In this document: in pieces, positions 39,650 to 52,793 of the stretch
Position numbering within the stretch: position 1 is the first letter of the stretch
Layout: each line of letters opens with the position of its first letter
Source of the DNA: Marsupella aquatica
Taxonomy: Eukaryota > Plantae > Marchantiophyta
NCBI GenBank assembly: GCA_973895155.1
Contig: OZ316894.1
Coordinates: forward strand, 16,236,699-16,300,698
DNA: 64,000 nucleotides
Direction: 5' to 3'
Notes under the pieces: generated by a model
The model's input: only the letters and a program-made list of their open reading frames with translations
Told to the model about the DNA's origin: nothing
Database searches by the model: none
Translations under genes and position numbers: made by a program

Positions 39650-40500
39650 TCCCCTAGGTGCACCTCGAAATTGTTATTTATATTTTTACCTCATGATTTC
39701 TTAGTGTTTAATACAAGTTCTCAATTGGAGACTGGACAGGAGAGAATGGGCAAGGCCATGCTGCCATGGTGCGAGGGGTGCGTGCCATGCTGCTGTGGTA
39801 TGCGGGGTGGGTGCACTTCCTTGGCTGATGCGGTGCTGGAAGATATATATCTCCTTGAAGAAAGGCCTGGCAATAATAAAATATCGAATGGCCCATACTG
39901 TAGATCTGGCCCTATCTCTGATGGCAATGTCACTCTCCAATTTCGTGCAACCAAGTTTAAACAGATGTCTGGGCTTTTAGCAACCCTTGCTCGTATCCGA
40001 TCCTCTTCATGAAGTTGGCACGATTCAAGGCAACCAGCAACTAACATTGAAGACAAAATTGTCGGATAGAACATTTCTCCACCTACCCTTCAGGACAAGA
40101 AGCTCACTGCATGCCCTCCTTCTTGTCCTATTTGGTGGTGGGAATACCCTCCTTTTTTGGGTGCCAGTACCCTATCCTAAATTATTGAGCTGTTGTCCTA
40201 ACTCCAACCCCCAAAAAACCCACAGAATGTGGGATGACTGTGGATGCCTTCCCTTATATTTGCATTGCTGCAGGCCAATGTCCTTGGCTTCCGGGCAAGA
40301 ACAATATTAGTTACTCATGCATAAAGCCAGCGCACTTTTTAGGTGTGTGGCCAATGTTGTCCTGTGTGAATGTTAGGAATGTTCCTTATCTGGTTTCCAA
40401 ATTATTTTTGACCTTCAGATCACCCTAGATTTAAGGATGGCCATTAGATTCTGGCAACAGGGGTTTGTGTCTAGCGTCTAGGTGGGAGCTGGCTAATGAG
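39650..40500 (-). mobile_element. Possible degenerate LINE ORF1 relic
   Basis: Broken frames with weak resemblance to L1 ORF1 and a degenerate knuckle; no intact domain. Confidence 0.25.
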
Positions 40501-41394
40501 AACAGAAAACCCTAAACCTGTAGCAAATTTTGGCCTAAAGTGGCAAAAGTTTTTAGGAGAGGTGGAATGTAGCAAAATTTATATTAATAAGTCCTCCGAC
40601 GATACTCTGTTTGGAAATGGGAATTGTCATCCTACCAAGCGCAGGTCGAAGATGGGATGACAAAGCTTCACCTGCCGCTGTTCAGTTTAGTACAGTCCAC
40701 GATAAACTGGTAGTTTTGTAGCAAAGCCCAAATGCCAAACGCTAGTTCAAAATATGCCGCGGCCATCATTAAGCACAATGATACGCACCGTCAGTTATCG
40801 AATATAACTCAGGTGCTTCTTCGTATCTTTAGAAGCGCTGATCTTTTGGCACACTTTTAAGTTGGAAGTACCAATCAGATGGTGTTTGTGGATCGTTTAT
40901 TGCGGAATAAAGGTCTCCTTGGATGCGGGAAGCACCCCAAAAAAACCCAAAAGTGACCCAGACCGAATAAAGGTCGCGGAAAAGCGCCCACAGTGAACCA
41001 GAACGATTTCCCGCTCAACCTCTGGCCCCACATACCTTGCCACGTTTCAGGTCGTCCCTGCATTCAGGGCCGTGTTTTCTGAGGGAACGTGCCTTTCCGA
41101 GTTTCCTTTCAGCCACGAGTCGTGTGGGCTGTGGGCAACGACTGGACTGGGATGAACCTTGCCTACGGGTGCCCGGCGTAGGAGGCACTCGAGGTACTCG
41201 GAATAATTATAATTATATATAGTCAATCGGTACTTTTGCAAGACGAACAATGAAGGGCAAATGGTGGACCCTCACTGTAGAAGTGTAGATTGGGAAGGAT
41301 GCTGCCAGCTTACATTTTGATTTTCAAATTGGATATCGCGGTTTGTGGGTGCACCAATTGATTCTCAAGCGTGGGGGCTGGAATTGATACTAGT

Positions 41395-41527
41395 GGTCTC
41401 CTCAACTTGCCAGCTGATATTTTGATTGTCATGAATGAACTTATAATAATGTTTTTCTCGAGGTCTCCTCAACTTGCCAGCTGATATTTTGATTGTCATG
41501 AATGAACTTATAATAATGTTTTTCTCG
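41395..41527. repeat. 67-bp-period tandem duplication
   Basis: GGTCTCCTCAACTTGCC...ATGTTTTTCTCG x2. Confidence 0.9.
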
Positions 41528-41833
41528 GAGATGGCCGTTTTGTTTCTATAAGGGGTGGCGCACTGTAGTGGACATAATCTGTCTGCTGGACCACTGATCT
41601 CACATCTAAAGGGGGCTTTACAAGAACTAGAGTACAAAACTGACTTGTCATTAGATATAACCTTCATCTTTCGTTAGGTAATTAGGTGTCTGGTCGACTG
41701 GTCTGCTTTGGATTGACATGAAGTTGAGTGACCACTTGTACAACAAATCTCCCACTTGTAAAAGGTCCCACCAACTACTTGAGTGGATCCCCCAAAATGC
41801 TTATGTGAAAAGTGTAATTTTGACTAAAGTTTA

Positions 41834-43012
41834 GGGCCGTCTTGCATGGAGACGGTCCTTCAAAAAACTGCCTTTCAGACAAACTGTGGCTGCCCCTGAA
41901 TGAACAAAACTGTCCCCTGAATGAGGCCGTCTTGACGGCACTAAACTAGGACTTGGAAGGGCAAGGCACGCAAACCTTGCAGCCCTTCACAGTCCCGACC
42001 TTTGATCTGCACATAAGACAATGGCATTTGCTTTCCACATGTCACTACTCTGGGCTGCCTATGTTTTTGCCGTGCACCTGATCCGGGCCTGGTTATCAAC
42101 TCTCACCTGCTTGTACACGTAGGAGACCCTGCAAATTGCCCTACATATGAAATGCTTCAACTATTCACTGTGTGCTTCACCTGAACACTTCCCATGTGTT
42201 CCTATCACTGCGATGTATTTGAACTTGAGAGCATCATGAGAGTGCTTGTGAGAGTGTAGAAATTTAAGTCAGCATATGGTAAGCTTTCAACATCGAGAGA
42301 GCATTGAGAGTGTAGAAATCAATAAGGATTGTGGTTACACTCAATAGCAGTCACTTCTGATCCTGCCTCCAGATTCTTTCAATTTATAAGCTTCGAAACA
42401 GCAACCACAGCATCAACACACGACAACATTTGAAAAACGTTGCCCAGCTAACCTTACCGATTCCAATCAAGCTCACAAGTAAGTTGAAGTCTCACATTCT
42501 GTGCTGCATTTCAATTGTCGATAATTTGTGAGAATGACTCCTTCATCTCCCGCCTACCTCTCTCTTCAAAATGTGCGAAATCACCACCGACCTCTACTCA
42601 AAGTCAATCAATCAGCCAGCCGTCTTCTCTGTACTCCCCATCAATTGTTGAAACTAGGTAGGTCGCTAGAGCAGCTGCGATCCAACCAGGCTAGACACGT
42701 TCTACTGTACATGGCTGTGGTGGAACACGGAAGACTAGGGCTAGGCGCAGGATGCTGCCTTGCCCAGAGAGTGTAACAAATGTGAGAGAGGAGGCTCCTT
42801 CTCACTTTCTAGATCGACTCAGCCTCAATCCCCTCTATTGCTCCCGGTAAACTAAGCGGCACATAACAACAGAGGTGGACACGAGCCCCTCAGCACATCC
42901 AACACATAACACAGGGGAGGATCTAGTTGTTAAACCAAATCCCTGATTCTGTGTAAGTTTCACTTTTTGAAAGGCTGCATTCTTGAGGGCCGATGTACAT
43001 GCAAAACGGCCC
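41834..43012. mobile_element. Non-autonomous PIF/Harbinger element
   Basis: Imperfect ~50-bp TIRs GGGCCGTCTTGCATG... / ...CATGCAAAACGGCCC with TTA on both flanks (41831-41833, 43013-43015). A possible, weak nuclease relic lies on the - strand at ~42460-42620. Confidence 0.8.
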
Positions 43013-43713
43013 TTATATCACCTCTTGAGAAAAGAGGTCTTTGTCTCTTTATTCTGGTAGTATATTCTTACATGTATTTCCTAACCAATTTTGGTCAGGA
43101 CACAATTTAAATGGACAGCTGGACAAGGTTTGGTAAAACACTGACCTCTCAATTTTTTCCTGTTTTTCTTGTTCTCATTTCCACTATGAATATATATCAC
43201 ACTGCCAAAATGACAGGAATGCCAAACCTGAAGACATGATCCCAAATGCAAAAGAACCCAATAAAGGGGGGGGGAGGGAAAGATCCTAAGAAGACTAAAG
43301 AGGCCCAACAAGTCAAGGATCAACCCACAAAAACAAAAAAACTAAGAAGAAAGCAACAAACTAAAAACCCTACTGGGCGGTAAACTAAAAAGCTTGGTAG
43401 AGCTCAGGAGTAAACCGCATAGGAGGGTCACGGAGGGGAATGTGTCTAGAGGCCCTAAAACTGACAGCCTCAGCCCTACAAAGAATAGTGAAAGCCTGGG
43501 CCCTCTCAAGGGTGAATGGAGGGACGGGTTGGAGTGTTGGTTGAGGTCTACCTTTAAGGTTAGCTTCACTTTTTTAGGTCAGCTCCACTATTCACTGCTA
43601 GTGAACAGTAGCTAGGCAAGGAAGGGGGGCTTTTGTTGTATAGGGTCAATGCATATAATAAAAGTAAAAACTCAAAATTCATTCCCCTAAAGAGCAAAAC
43701 AGAATGGGAATGG

Positions 43714-44057
43714 TGTTAGATATTGCTCTAATCTTGTGACTCATGAGCCAACCACAGTTCGTCTAACTCGGGTTAGGACTAAGCTAATGTTAGCGGTAGT
43801 GCTGTTGTGCATATAGTCAGGGCTGATGCCAGACCCTAGTGGAACTTAGGCTCATTGTTACGGAGCTAGTTGAGAGATAGGGAGAGCTTGTGTTGTGGAT
43901 GTTTGGTATGGTCGGTCGACCTAGAGTGCAGTAAAGCTCTTGTGTGTTCCCATGGACGTAGCCTCATGTGGAGGTGAACCACGTATCTCTTTGTGTCGAC
44001 TCTTGTGCGTTGGATGGTTCATGGGCTTGCCATTGCGAATGTCGTCTATGCTCAACA
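43714..44057 (+). repeat. Copia 5' LTR
   Basis: TGTTAGATATT...CTCAACA; direct repeat of 51318-51661; followed by PBS. Confidence 0.95.
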
Positions 44058-45024
44058 AGTGGTATCAGAGCATGCCTGGGAGGTAACGAGGTTTTTTTGT
44101 GATGGGTTTTTTCCAGCGTTCAGTGTCGATGGTACATTTGGAGTTTTGTCGCATGAAACTCGAATGTGTGTGGCTGAGCAGATAGGTTAGTGAGAGGGCT
44201 TTCTAACGGTGGTTAGAACTCGCTGATCGGTATCCGTGGTGCGGAGGAATCAATGTTTGCATCATTCAAGGTTTATTCGTGTTCGACGGTATTTCAGGGG
44301 AGAGATCAAAGTTTGCTTTTTTTTCAACGGTGTGAGCTGTGTGGTGCGGGAGGGATCGCACATTATAGCTCAACTTGAAGGCTAAAGCGCGCTGGTCATT
44401 TCGGTAGCTGGATTGCTGCCGAGTTATTACCGAGTGCGATGTGACGAGTGAAGGAGGCGTTCAGGTTTTTTCACAAGCTATGGAGCTTGTTCTCATCTGA
44501 ACTGGGTTTCTCTTCGTGACGTCCGACTTGGTGGAAGAAACGCAAAGTGCTACGGCTCAACGGGTGATCGCGGTGAGGCGGTCATTTTGAGCCCGGGATT
44601 GGCACTTGATGTGGAGTGAAGACGACGCGGCGGAATTTGTTTACTCTGCTGGAGCTATAGACTGTGCCGGTGAAATTCGGCAACATTTACCATCGGCGGC
44701 GTTCATTTTTCTCATTGGAAACGGCGGCGGTTAAGTATTGGACTCCTAGCTTCGTGGGCTACGCGGCGGTGTTGAGTTTTGAGTTTTATGAGAAGTTTCA
44801 AAAAAAGACATTTTTTGTGATTGTTTCATAGGAGTGACTCGGAGGATACTAGAAGAATTGGCGTCGGTGGAGCTTCAGGATCACAATGGTCAGACGGAGA
44901 GTCTGAGGAGGAGTTGCTACCATTTGAGGAGGAACTAGTAACACCGGTAGGATCACCGGTGCGGTGTGCAGTGGAGGAAGCTGTCATGCTACCAGAGTTT
45001 TTGGTAGTTGGGAAGAAGAGAGAG

Positions 45025-45570
45025 ATGGCTAGATTTGGAGGAGTGAAGTTTGAGGTGGAGAAGTACGATGGTTGTACTGATTACTTGCTCTGGGAGAAGC
45101 AAGTGAAAGGTGTCCTTCGGGCCATGGGCTTAGCTCATCTGCTCTCTTTGCGAGAGCAGTATGATGGAGAAGAGGAGATCTCAGAGAAGCAGTGGAGACA
45201 GAAGCAGGTGATTGTTGTTAATGCAGTGATGCTTTATCTAAAGCCGCACATCATCAAGCAGCTGGATGATTATGCGGATTGCGCGTCACTGTTCAAGGCT
45301 CTAAGAGAGAAGTACTACCGGGAAGATGCGTCAGACTGGCTGTACAAGAAGTCTCTGTTGATGAGCCTCAGGCTCAAGGAAGGGAGCAAGATGCAGGATC
45401 ACCTGGATGAGTTTGACAGTCTAGCGGTGGATCTGTCAAACTTGGGGAAAATTTTAGATCTACATCATCTGGGAGATCTAAATCCAGAGGGAAATTGCAA
45501 GAGAGGAAGCCTCTTGCATGTTGGAATTGTGGCAAGCCTGGCCACATGAAAAGGGATTGTTGAGTAAAGG
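45025..45570 (+). pseudogene. Copia gag remnant
   Basis: KFEVEKYDGCTDYLLW...LRLKEGSKMQDHLDEFDSL (UBN2-type gag), then a frameshifted zinc knuckle CWNCGKPGHMKRDC ending at the gypsy junction. Confidence 0.85.
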
Positions 45571-48500
45571 TCATGTTGGTCCTTACGCAATAATGCGTTG
45601 GCTGCCGTGTTTGTCTTCCCAGGAACGTGGCGGACTTCAAAATTGAGATCCGCCAAGAACATTTGTCAACGCATTTCCTTGGGGTTTAGCCTTGGCTTAG
45701 AACTGAAGTACCCGGCCAGCGAGCTATCTGTGTGGATTACCACTTTGGGACCGTTCTTAAGGTAAATCTCCCACTTCTTCAACGCATAGATCACAACATA
45801 TATTTTCCTTTCCGGCGTGATCCAATGATTTTCCAACTTACATGACTCAAAGGCCACAGGACGCCCATCTTGGTGAAGACAGGCGCCAATGGCATAATCA
45901 CTTGCATCTGTCCAAATCTTGAACGGCTTCCCCATCTCAGGTAACTTTAGAACCGGCGGCGTTATCATTAATCGATTAAGTTCTAAGAATGCTAACTCGC
46001 AATCCTGTATCCACACAAACACTTTGTTTTTCAACGTTAGCGCATTTAGGGGCCTTGCAATCCTCGCATAGTCTTTCATGTATCTCCGATAGAACCCCAT
46101 AAATCCTAAGAAGGCTCTAACCTGCCTTACATTGGACGGGCGCTCCCATTCTTTGATCTCCTTAAGCTTGTCCTGACTAGGCGTAATCCCTTCCGGGGTA
46201 AAGGTATGGCCGAGGAACTAAATCTCATTCATCGCAAACTCGCACTTGCTTGGTTTAGCAAAGAGACGAGCCTTACGAAGGCGAGAGAACACTTCTCTGA
46301 GCAACTGCTCATGTTCCTCCAACGTTTTCGAGTAGATTAGGATGTCGTCAATAAAGACAACAACCCTTGGTCCAACAAGTCATGAAAGATGGTATTCATC
46401 ATCTTCATGAATGTTGCGGTTGCATTACACAACCCGAACGGCATAACTCATAGGATCCGAACCTTGTGCGCATCGCGGTCTTATACTCATCTCCCTTAGC
46501 CATGCAGATCTGGTAATACCTAGACCGCAAATCCACCTTTGAAAATGTCTTAGCCCCGGAGAGGCAATCGAAGAGGTCATCCATATGAGGTAACGGGTAC
46601 TTGTTCTTTATTGTTTGCTTATTGAGCGCCCGGTAATCTACACACAATCTCAAAGTACCATCCTTTTTGGACACAAACTGCGCGGGCGCCCCGTAAGGAC
46701 TCTTACTAGGGCGAATGAACCCTTGGTCGATCAACTCTTCCAAGGCGTTCTTCAACATCATTCGCTCATTCAGGTTCAGATGATAAGGAGCTTTAGCCTG
46801 AGGAGACGAACCTGGCTCCAACTCAACTTGGTGATCCACTTCTCTCCGCGGGGGTAAACCTTTAGGTAGCTTTTGCGAGAGCACGTCGTTGAATTCCTCT
46901 AAAATTTCAGGAATTCGACCGCAATCGGGCCCGAGCTTAGCTGACTTGACCTTTGGCTGCGACGCAGCCTCCTTAGTTGGGTGGAGATGAAAGAAGAAAC
47001 ATTCATGTCCACCCTTTAAGTCTTTCCACCATTGTTTCGCCGATACACACGGAGACAACCACGACACTTTACTTACTTTGAGAAATCTTTCTTTATTTTT
47101 GGTAACTTCGTGTACAACGATGGGCTCACCGCCCTTATTGGGAAAATGGAGCACCTCACCCCCCGGTTTCAAGGTAACATTGTGCTTTCTGAGATAACCT
47201 ACCGACAAAATGAAGTCTATGGCTAGACCGTCTAGAACGTAGAACATCGTCTGACTAACAAAATTTTGTTGCTCGCCTATGACCTCTACTCGAAGTCTAT
47301 GTACCACTCTCGATACTATCCCCTTTGTGTCGTTGGCAAACTTGCACACTAACGGTTGTAGCAACTCTTGCACGTCCACCCCAAGACGTGCTGCCACCCG
47401 CCCACTTATGAAGCAGGCGGTCACGCCTGTATCCACCAACGCAACACCCAGGCTACCGTTAGAAGTGATATTCACAAAAATCAGTTTTTCAGGATCCATT
47501 GTCTTAACCTTAGGTATCTTCTCTTGCAACAACACCCTCTCTCGGGTAGGAACATCCCCTACAGGGACTTTGTCAGCTACTAAGGGTTTGGTTAGAGCAA
47601 TACTTACCTTAATTCTCTTCTGCCCTCCACCATCTCCGCTCGGCTTGCCACCTTTCATGGAACAATCCTTACTTTGATGGCCCATGGCACCACATGTGAA
47701 GCACAAACCTTCAGCCCACCTCTGCTCCATGGTTGCCTGCTTCTTTGCTTTCTGTGCCGATGAGGCTCCTTTCTTGAAGTTGTCGGCCTTCCAGTTTTGC
47801 TTAGCTTCTGCATTCTGGGGCTGAGGATCCGAACCACCGGCCCCTGCCCCCTCGGGTTGCTTACGCTTATTCTTGAAACCTTTTGTTTTCCCAGCTTTCC
47901 CCTTGGATCCCTTGCCACCCACCTTCGCCAAGTCCGGTTGGTTATTCACCAACGTAGTGGCCTTGTCGAAGGCGTCAGAAAGCATTTTGAACTCATGATG
48001 CTTTTCCTACAACTTTTCCCTGAGCAACGGCGGGAGCTTCACGATAAAGTTGTGAAGCTGTGTATGCAGGGTCTCTTGTCCCGTCGGGATACACGCCAAC
48101 TGATTCTGGTAATAAGTGATGAACTTTTGGATATCACCCCTGAAGCTCATCTCCGTTACACATTTCTGAGCGTGCCGCTCCGGCTACTTAGTGGTGACAT
48201 GAGCACGGAGACCCTCAACCAGGTTTTCCCAAGTTAACAGTAAGGAGGAGTCCTCTCGCGACTTCTTCCATGACTTGTACCAAGTCAAGGCATAGTCCTT
48301 CAGGTAAGGAGCGGCTGCGATAGCCCAAGTGGAACGCTCAACGCACGCTTGGAGATGAATCTCTATCGTGGAGAGCCAACTCAGGAACTTTTGTCCACTT
48401 TGTTCGTAGGCCCCGTCGTAAGTTGGAGGAGTCGGTAGCTGGTTCACTTGGAACATACTCCGTCCAACTACCATTCCCCCCTCGGGATGCGTCGCACTCT

Positions 48501-49000
48501 GACTACCTAGACTAAGTAAGTACTTAATCTGGGCCCCCTTGTTGTGTTCCAACTGCTCATAGATGAGTCATTGGTCATGAGTCAACGGACCCAGACCGTC
48601 GTCAGCGCCGGGACCTTGCGGGTTGTATGAGGACGGTCCTCCAACCGTCTTTCCTTTGTGGGCCGCCTATCCTTAGGTTCTCTTGTGGATTTTGGTGATA
48701 CCCCCGCGTCTTGCGAGCACCATGACCTCCCGGGACTGAGGTATCACCCGCGTCATCCTGGTTCTGTTTGGTCAAATTATCCACGATGACGTCTGGCTTG
48801 ACATCATCCTCTGGTTCCGCATTCAACCCTCTCAAGGCTGGGATCAGTTCCTCCTCTTGGTCCTGCCCTGCTTCCTCTATTTTGGCTTCAGCCTCATCGT
48901 CGCTTCCTTCTGCATCGGAGTTGATCAACCACCTCCTTCCCTTTAAGTCGGCGGCACTCTGCACTTGACGTGTTTGCCGCAATGGTCGATGGTTCGGCCG
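45571..49000 (-). pseudogene. Gypsy gag-pol (gag, aspartic protease, RT, RNase H), degenerate
   Basis: ORF fragments 48602-48982, 48184-48552, 46405-47985, 45666-46100 and 45465-45662 in gypsy domain order. Confidence 0.9.
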
Positions 49001-49281
49001 TTGCGTCTTCTTTGTCCTGCTTGTAACGTTCGTCTAGGGAAGTCGACCCGTCCTTCTTCTATTCATCTTGAACTTGGGCTCTCCCCTTGGTGGGGGGAGC
49101 CTGTTTGCCACTCTTTGAACGAGTGTTTTTAGCCATGTTCCCAGCGACCAAATCTGCCCGCAGTCGACCCGTCGGGCACGTTGAAGCACTAAGTTCCCGC
49201 AAAAATCTGTTAAGATTTTTGGATTCCGACTTAGCACAACTTTGGCCCGGTGTCTATGCCAGCAATTGCTTTGATACCACA

Positions 49282-50724
49282 AGTGGTGGACCTTACCACC
49301 CAGCTCCCTCACCAATCCCAGCACTCACGCCTAAGTGCCCTTGGTGCCCGAACGCCTCCACGGAATACCTCAAGCAAGCAACCTAGTGCCCCTTGCACCG
49401 CCAGCGGCCCCTCCCATACCAAGCCTCACTTGCTCTCTAACACGACCGCTACTCAACGGTCCTCCCTTTCTGCACAAGCAACCAAGCACCTTGGTTAAGT
49501 GACCCTTCAGGATCTAGAACTCGGCAAGTCTAGCATCCTAACTCAAGCTCAACAGACGTTGGTAAATAGGTCAGCGATAGGTCCTCCGGATGCCATAAGC
49601 CGGAACCAGAGCCTGTGCCCACTGTCCGTCCAGGACAACTCCTTCCTTGGGTGCGGCCCGGGTTCCCCCTTGTACCTATCCATCACCAACTGACCGCCCT
49701 GACCTCAGACATGCTCATGGCCCAACTAGCGTAGCCTGTCCTAAAGCTTGTCCCAACAAGCCGGGACCAGAACGGCCCCGACTCTAGCAGTCGCTCCCGG
49801 TTTGCCCCACCAATGGTCTAGGGGCCGATCACCCTTGGAACTCATCCTCCACACCTACTTGGCCTTGCCTCCCCAATGCAAGCTCCCTTGGGAGACTGAA
49901 CGTGGCTTGGCTACTGTTCGGCAGGATTTGGCAAGCGAGCAAGCTAATACCCGTAAACCACGAGAACCCATGGCACCTCTAGACCCATCTGAGCCCAGGA
50001 AGTCCTCCAACGGACTTCCCGTTGGGAAGATATCGCCATTTCCATTTGGTGGTTTCCCTTAGTGTCGCGACCGCCGCGGCTCACGACTTCAGCTCGCCCT
50101 TAGCCCCCAGGGAGACACCACTCCCCTCATATATGCTTCTGGAGACCTGCCACCCCCGGACCAGCTTTGGTCCCTAAACATTTGGCCCCCAACCCGGATC
50201 CTATCGCGCATAATGGGCGCGCCACCAACTGGCAACGCCCATAACTTTCTCGTTAGGCATCCGCCAGCGGAGTGCCTTAGCCCGTTGTGACCGGGCCGAT
50301 CCACTGCTCATGCCTAGGCCCTCAGGTCTCATTGTTGCTTGGGGCCCCCGATCGGCCTAACCCGGATCGGGCCGTAACTTGCGCCCCAAGCGTCCGTTGC
50401 CCATGGCGTCAACTCCATTGGGCTTGGGCCCAAGAGGAGCTCACACTCAAGCCCTTAGAACTCAAAGTCCATCCGGAGGTCCGAACAGCCCTCCTTGAGC
50501 CCGGCCCATTTCGCCTTGACCCGACCAGCTATCAGTTAGTCCAAGTCCTTAGTGTGTGTCCCCAGCTCGGCTCCTTGCCTCGCTAGTGCCACGGCTCATT
50601 GCCCACAAGTCTCCCCGTGCTAAGTCCTCCCTGGATGGCCTATCCGGGCCTGGACCATAAGGGAGCTTGGCGTCAGAGTCAGTGACGCCGGAGCTAAGTG
50701 TTAAGGTAGTCGAGTTCCGCGACT
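49282..50724 (-). repeat. Gypsy 5' LTR (~1.44 kb) with AGT...ACT ends
   Basis: On the - strand it begins AGTCGCGGAACTCGACTACC and ends GGTCCACCACT, 2 nt before the PBS. Homologous to 6940-8404. Confidence 0.9.
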
Positions 50725-51106
50725 AAGATGTATCAATTGGAAATCTACCTTGCAGAAGTGCATATTTCAGTCTACTACAAAAGCAGAGTATGTTGCAGTA
50801 GCAGAAGCAGCAAAGGAAGCAATTTGGTTGGACAAGTTGATCGCGGAGATGGGTTTAGAGCATGGCAAAATTACTCTAAACTATGATAGTCAGAGTGCTC
50901 TTCACTTGGCTGCTAACCAGATGATGGATAGCAGGGTAAAGCACATTGATATCAGGTACCATTTTATCAGGCAAGCAGTGTCTGATAAAACTTTTGAGCT
51001 AGTCAAGATTGATGGAAAGCTCAATCCCGCTGATGCCTTTACCAAAGTGATTCCTTTGGAGCGTTTCTCAAGACACCGTGCTACTTTGCAGGTTTTGGAG
51101 TTGTAA
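50725..51106 (+). pseudogene. Copia RNase H remnant
   Basis: INWKSTLQ...STTKAEYVAVAEAAKEAIWL...YDSQSALHLAAN...RVKHIDIRYHFIR...NPADAFTK. Confidence 0.92.
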
Positions 51107-51317
51107 TACAAGTAGAGTTATTTAGCAATGTGTGACTATTTGTATATGGATTACTCATTCATGTTTGGCTACGGCTTAGTTCTAGTTAACCCTTAGTTAA
51201 CATACCCTTGTGGTTTTTAGGGGGAGACCTGGTTTGGTGATTGTCTAGATTTTCCCGCTGAGGATTCTATATGGTAGCATTTAGTCCAGTCCCCAAGATA
51301 AGAGTCAAGGGGGAGTT

Positions 51318-51661
51318 TGTTAGATATTGCTCTAGTCTTGTGACTCATGAGCTAACCACAGTTAGTCTAACTCGGGTTAGGACTAAGCTAATGTTAGTGG
51401 TAGTGTTGTTGTGCATATAGCTAGGGCTAATGCCAGGCCCTAGTGGAACTTAGGCTCATTGTTACGGAGCTAGTTGAGAGATAGGGAGAGCTTGTGTTGT
51501 GGATGCTTGGTATGGTCGGTCGGCCTAGAGTGCAGTAAAGCTCTTGTGTGTTCCCATGGACGTAGCCTCATATGGAGGTGAACCACGTATCTCTCTGTGT
51601 CGACTCTTGTGCGTTGGATGGTTCATGGGCTTGCCGTTGCGAATGCCGTTTATGCTCAACA
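51318..51661 (+). repeat. Copia 3' LTR
   Basis: TGTTAGATATT...CTCAACA; preceded by PPT; followed by TSD AATGG. Confidence 0.95.
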
Positions 51662-52793
51662 AATGGAGTGTTTTAACACAAATGAGTGGTTTAATGAGGA
51701 AACTCAACCTCTTACACATTTGAAACCAAAATGCACAATTAACAAAAGACAAGGAAATATAATTCTCCTTCATAGACTATAACTCTAGGACTTTTAAAAT
51801 CAGGCTTTAGCACTGCACTACCTCCATCACCATAGCTTATGGAAGGATATGGCCACTTTAAGATGTTAAAAGGTACACAAAACCCCTCTCTGATTGCTTC
51901 CCAAATTTATACTCCCATTTCTCTTCCTTCTAGTATTACACTAGAAGAATCCGAGGTGAACTGAGACCGCAATATGTGACTCATTTTGGCTCATGTGACT
52001 TCATTGTGACTCAACGTGACTTGACCCACGCTGTGACCCTTGGAGTTGCAAAAGTTGAGACCAAAAAATGGTAGTCACTATTGATACTGGGCTTTGCAAC
52101 TTGCTTGATACCCATTTGTGACTGATCTGTGACTTTATTGTGGAGTCTAGCCTTGTTTCGACGTGACTGCAATATGACTTCAGCGAGTCACATCGTAAGT
52201 CACATGCATGACTTACCCGCATTCAACAACGACTAGTGTGTGACCATTTAGTGTCACAGGAGAGACCAATGGAGACCCTGGCCCGCGTCACACAACAGAA
52301 CCATTTGGGACTCTATATACTCATGTTTATAACTAATAAGGTTCACATGCAAGTTATAACCATGACTAATGAACACAGAGGGACAGTTCATAAGGAGAGA
52401 GAGCACTCGACATTACAATACATAGAAACCTGATGTTCTAACTTTAGAAATATAACACATTCAATACAAGAAATGAACATAGCATGAATGACATCCACAT
52501 GAAACAAAGCATCATATAAGCAGATCCTACATAAAACATTCATAAGAATTAAACACAATCACAATCTTGCTAAAAAATGAAGATCATTTGAATTCCAATG
52601 GAATAGTTTACAATGTGATCAATGTAATTCAGACAAAACAGGAACTCATAATTGATGACTGCAGGATGAGATAACTGAAAGCACATGCATGATACTATGA
52701 ATCTCCAAGAGGACATGATTCTTGTACTGCTTCTTGACATCTAAAATCTACATAACATGACTCACACTACAAACAAATAATGACATGACATTG

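Larger units (their letters stand above)
45571..50724 (-). mobile_element. Ty3/gypsy retrotransposon (5' LTR, PBS, gag-PR-RT-RNaseH; truncated before integrase), nested antisense in the copia
   Basis: LTR 50724-49282; PBS TGGTATCAAAGC at 49279-49268. Gag knuckle [14 protein letters not shown]; protease [12 protein letters not shown]; [14 protein letters not shown] and FIDDILIYS; RNase H TDASDYAIGACLHQ. Several stops and frameshifts. Confidence 0.93.
43714..51661 (+). mobile_element. Ty1/copia LTR retrotransposon, internally deleted, containing a nested gypsy
   Basis: 344-bp LTRs at 43714-44057 and 51318-51661 (TG...CA; 16 differences by eye). 5-bp TSD AATGG on both sides. tRNA-Met PBS TGGTATCAGAGC at 44060-44071; PPT AAGGGGGAG just before the 3' LTR. 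Confidence 0.96.
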
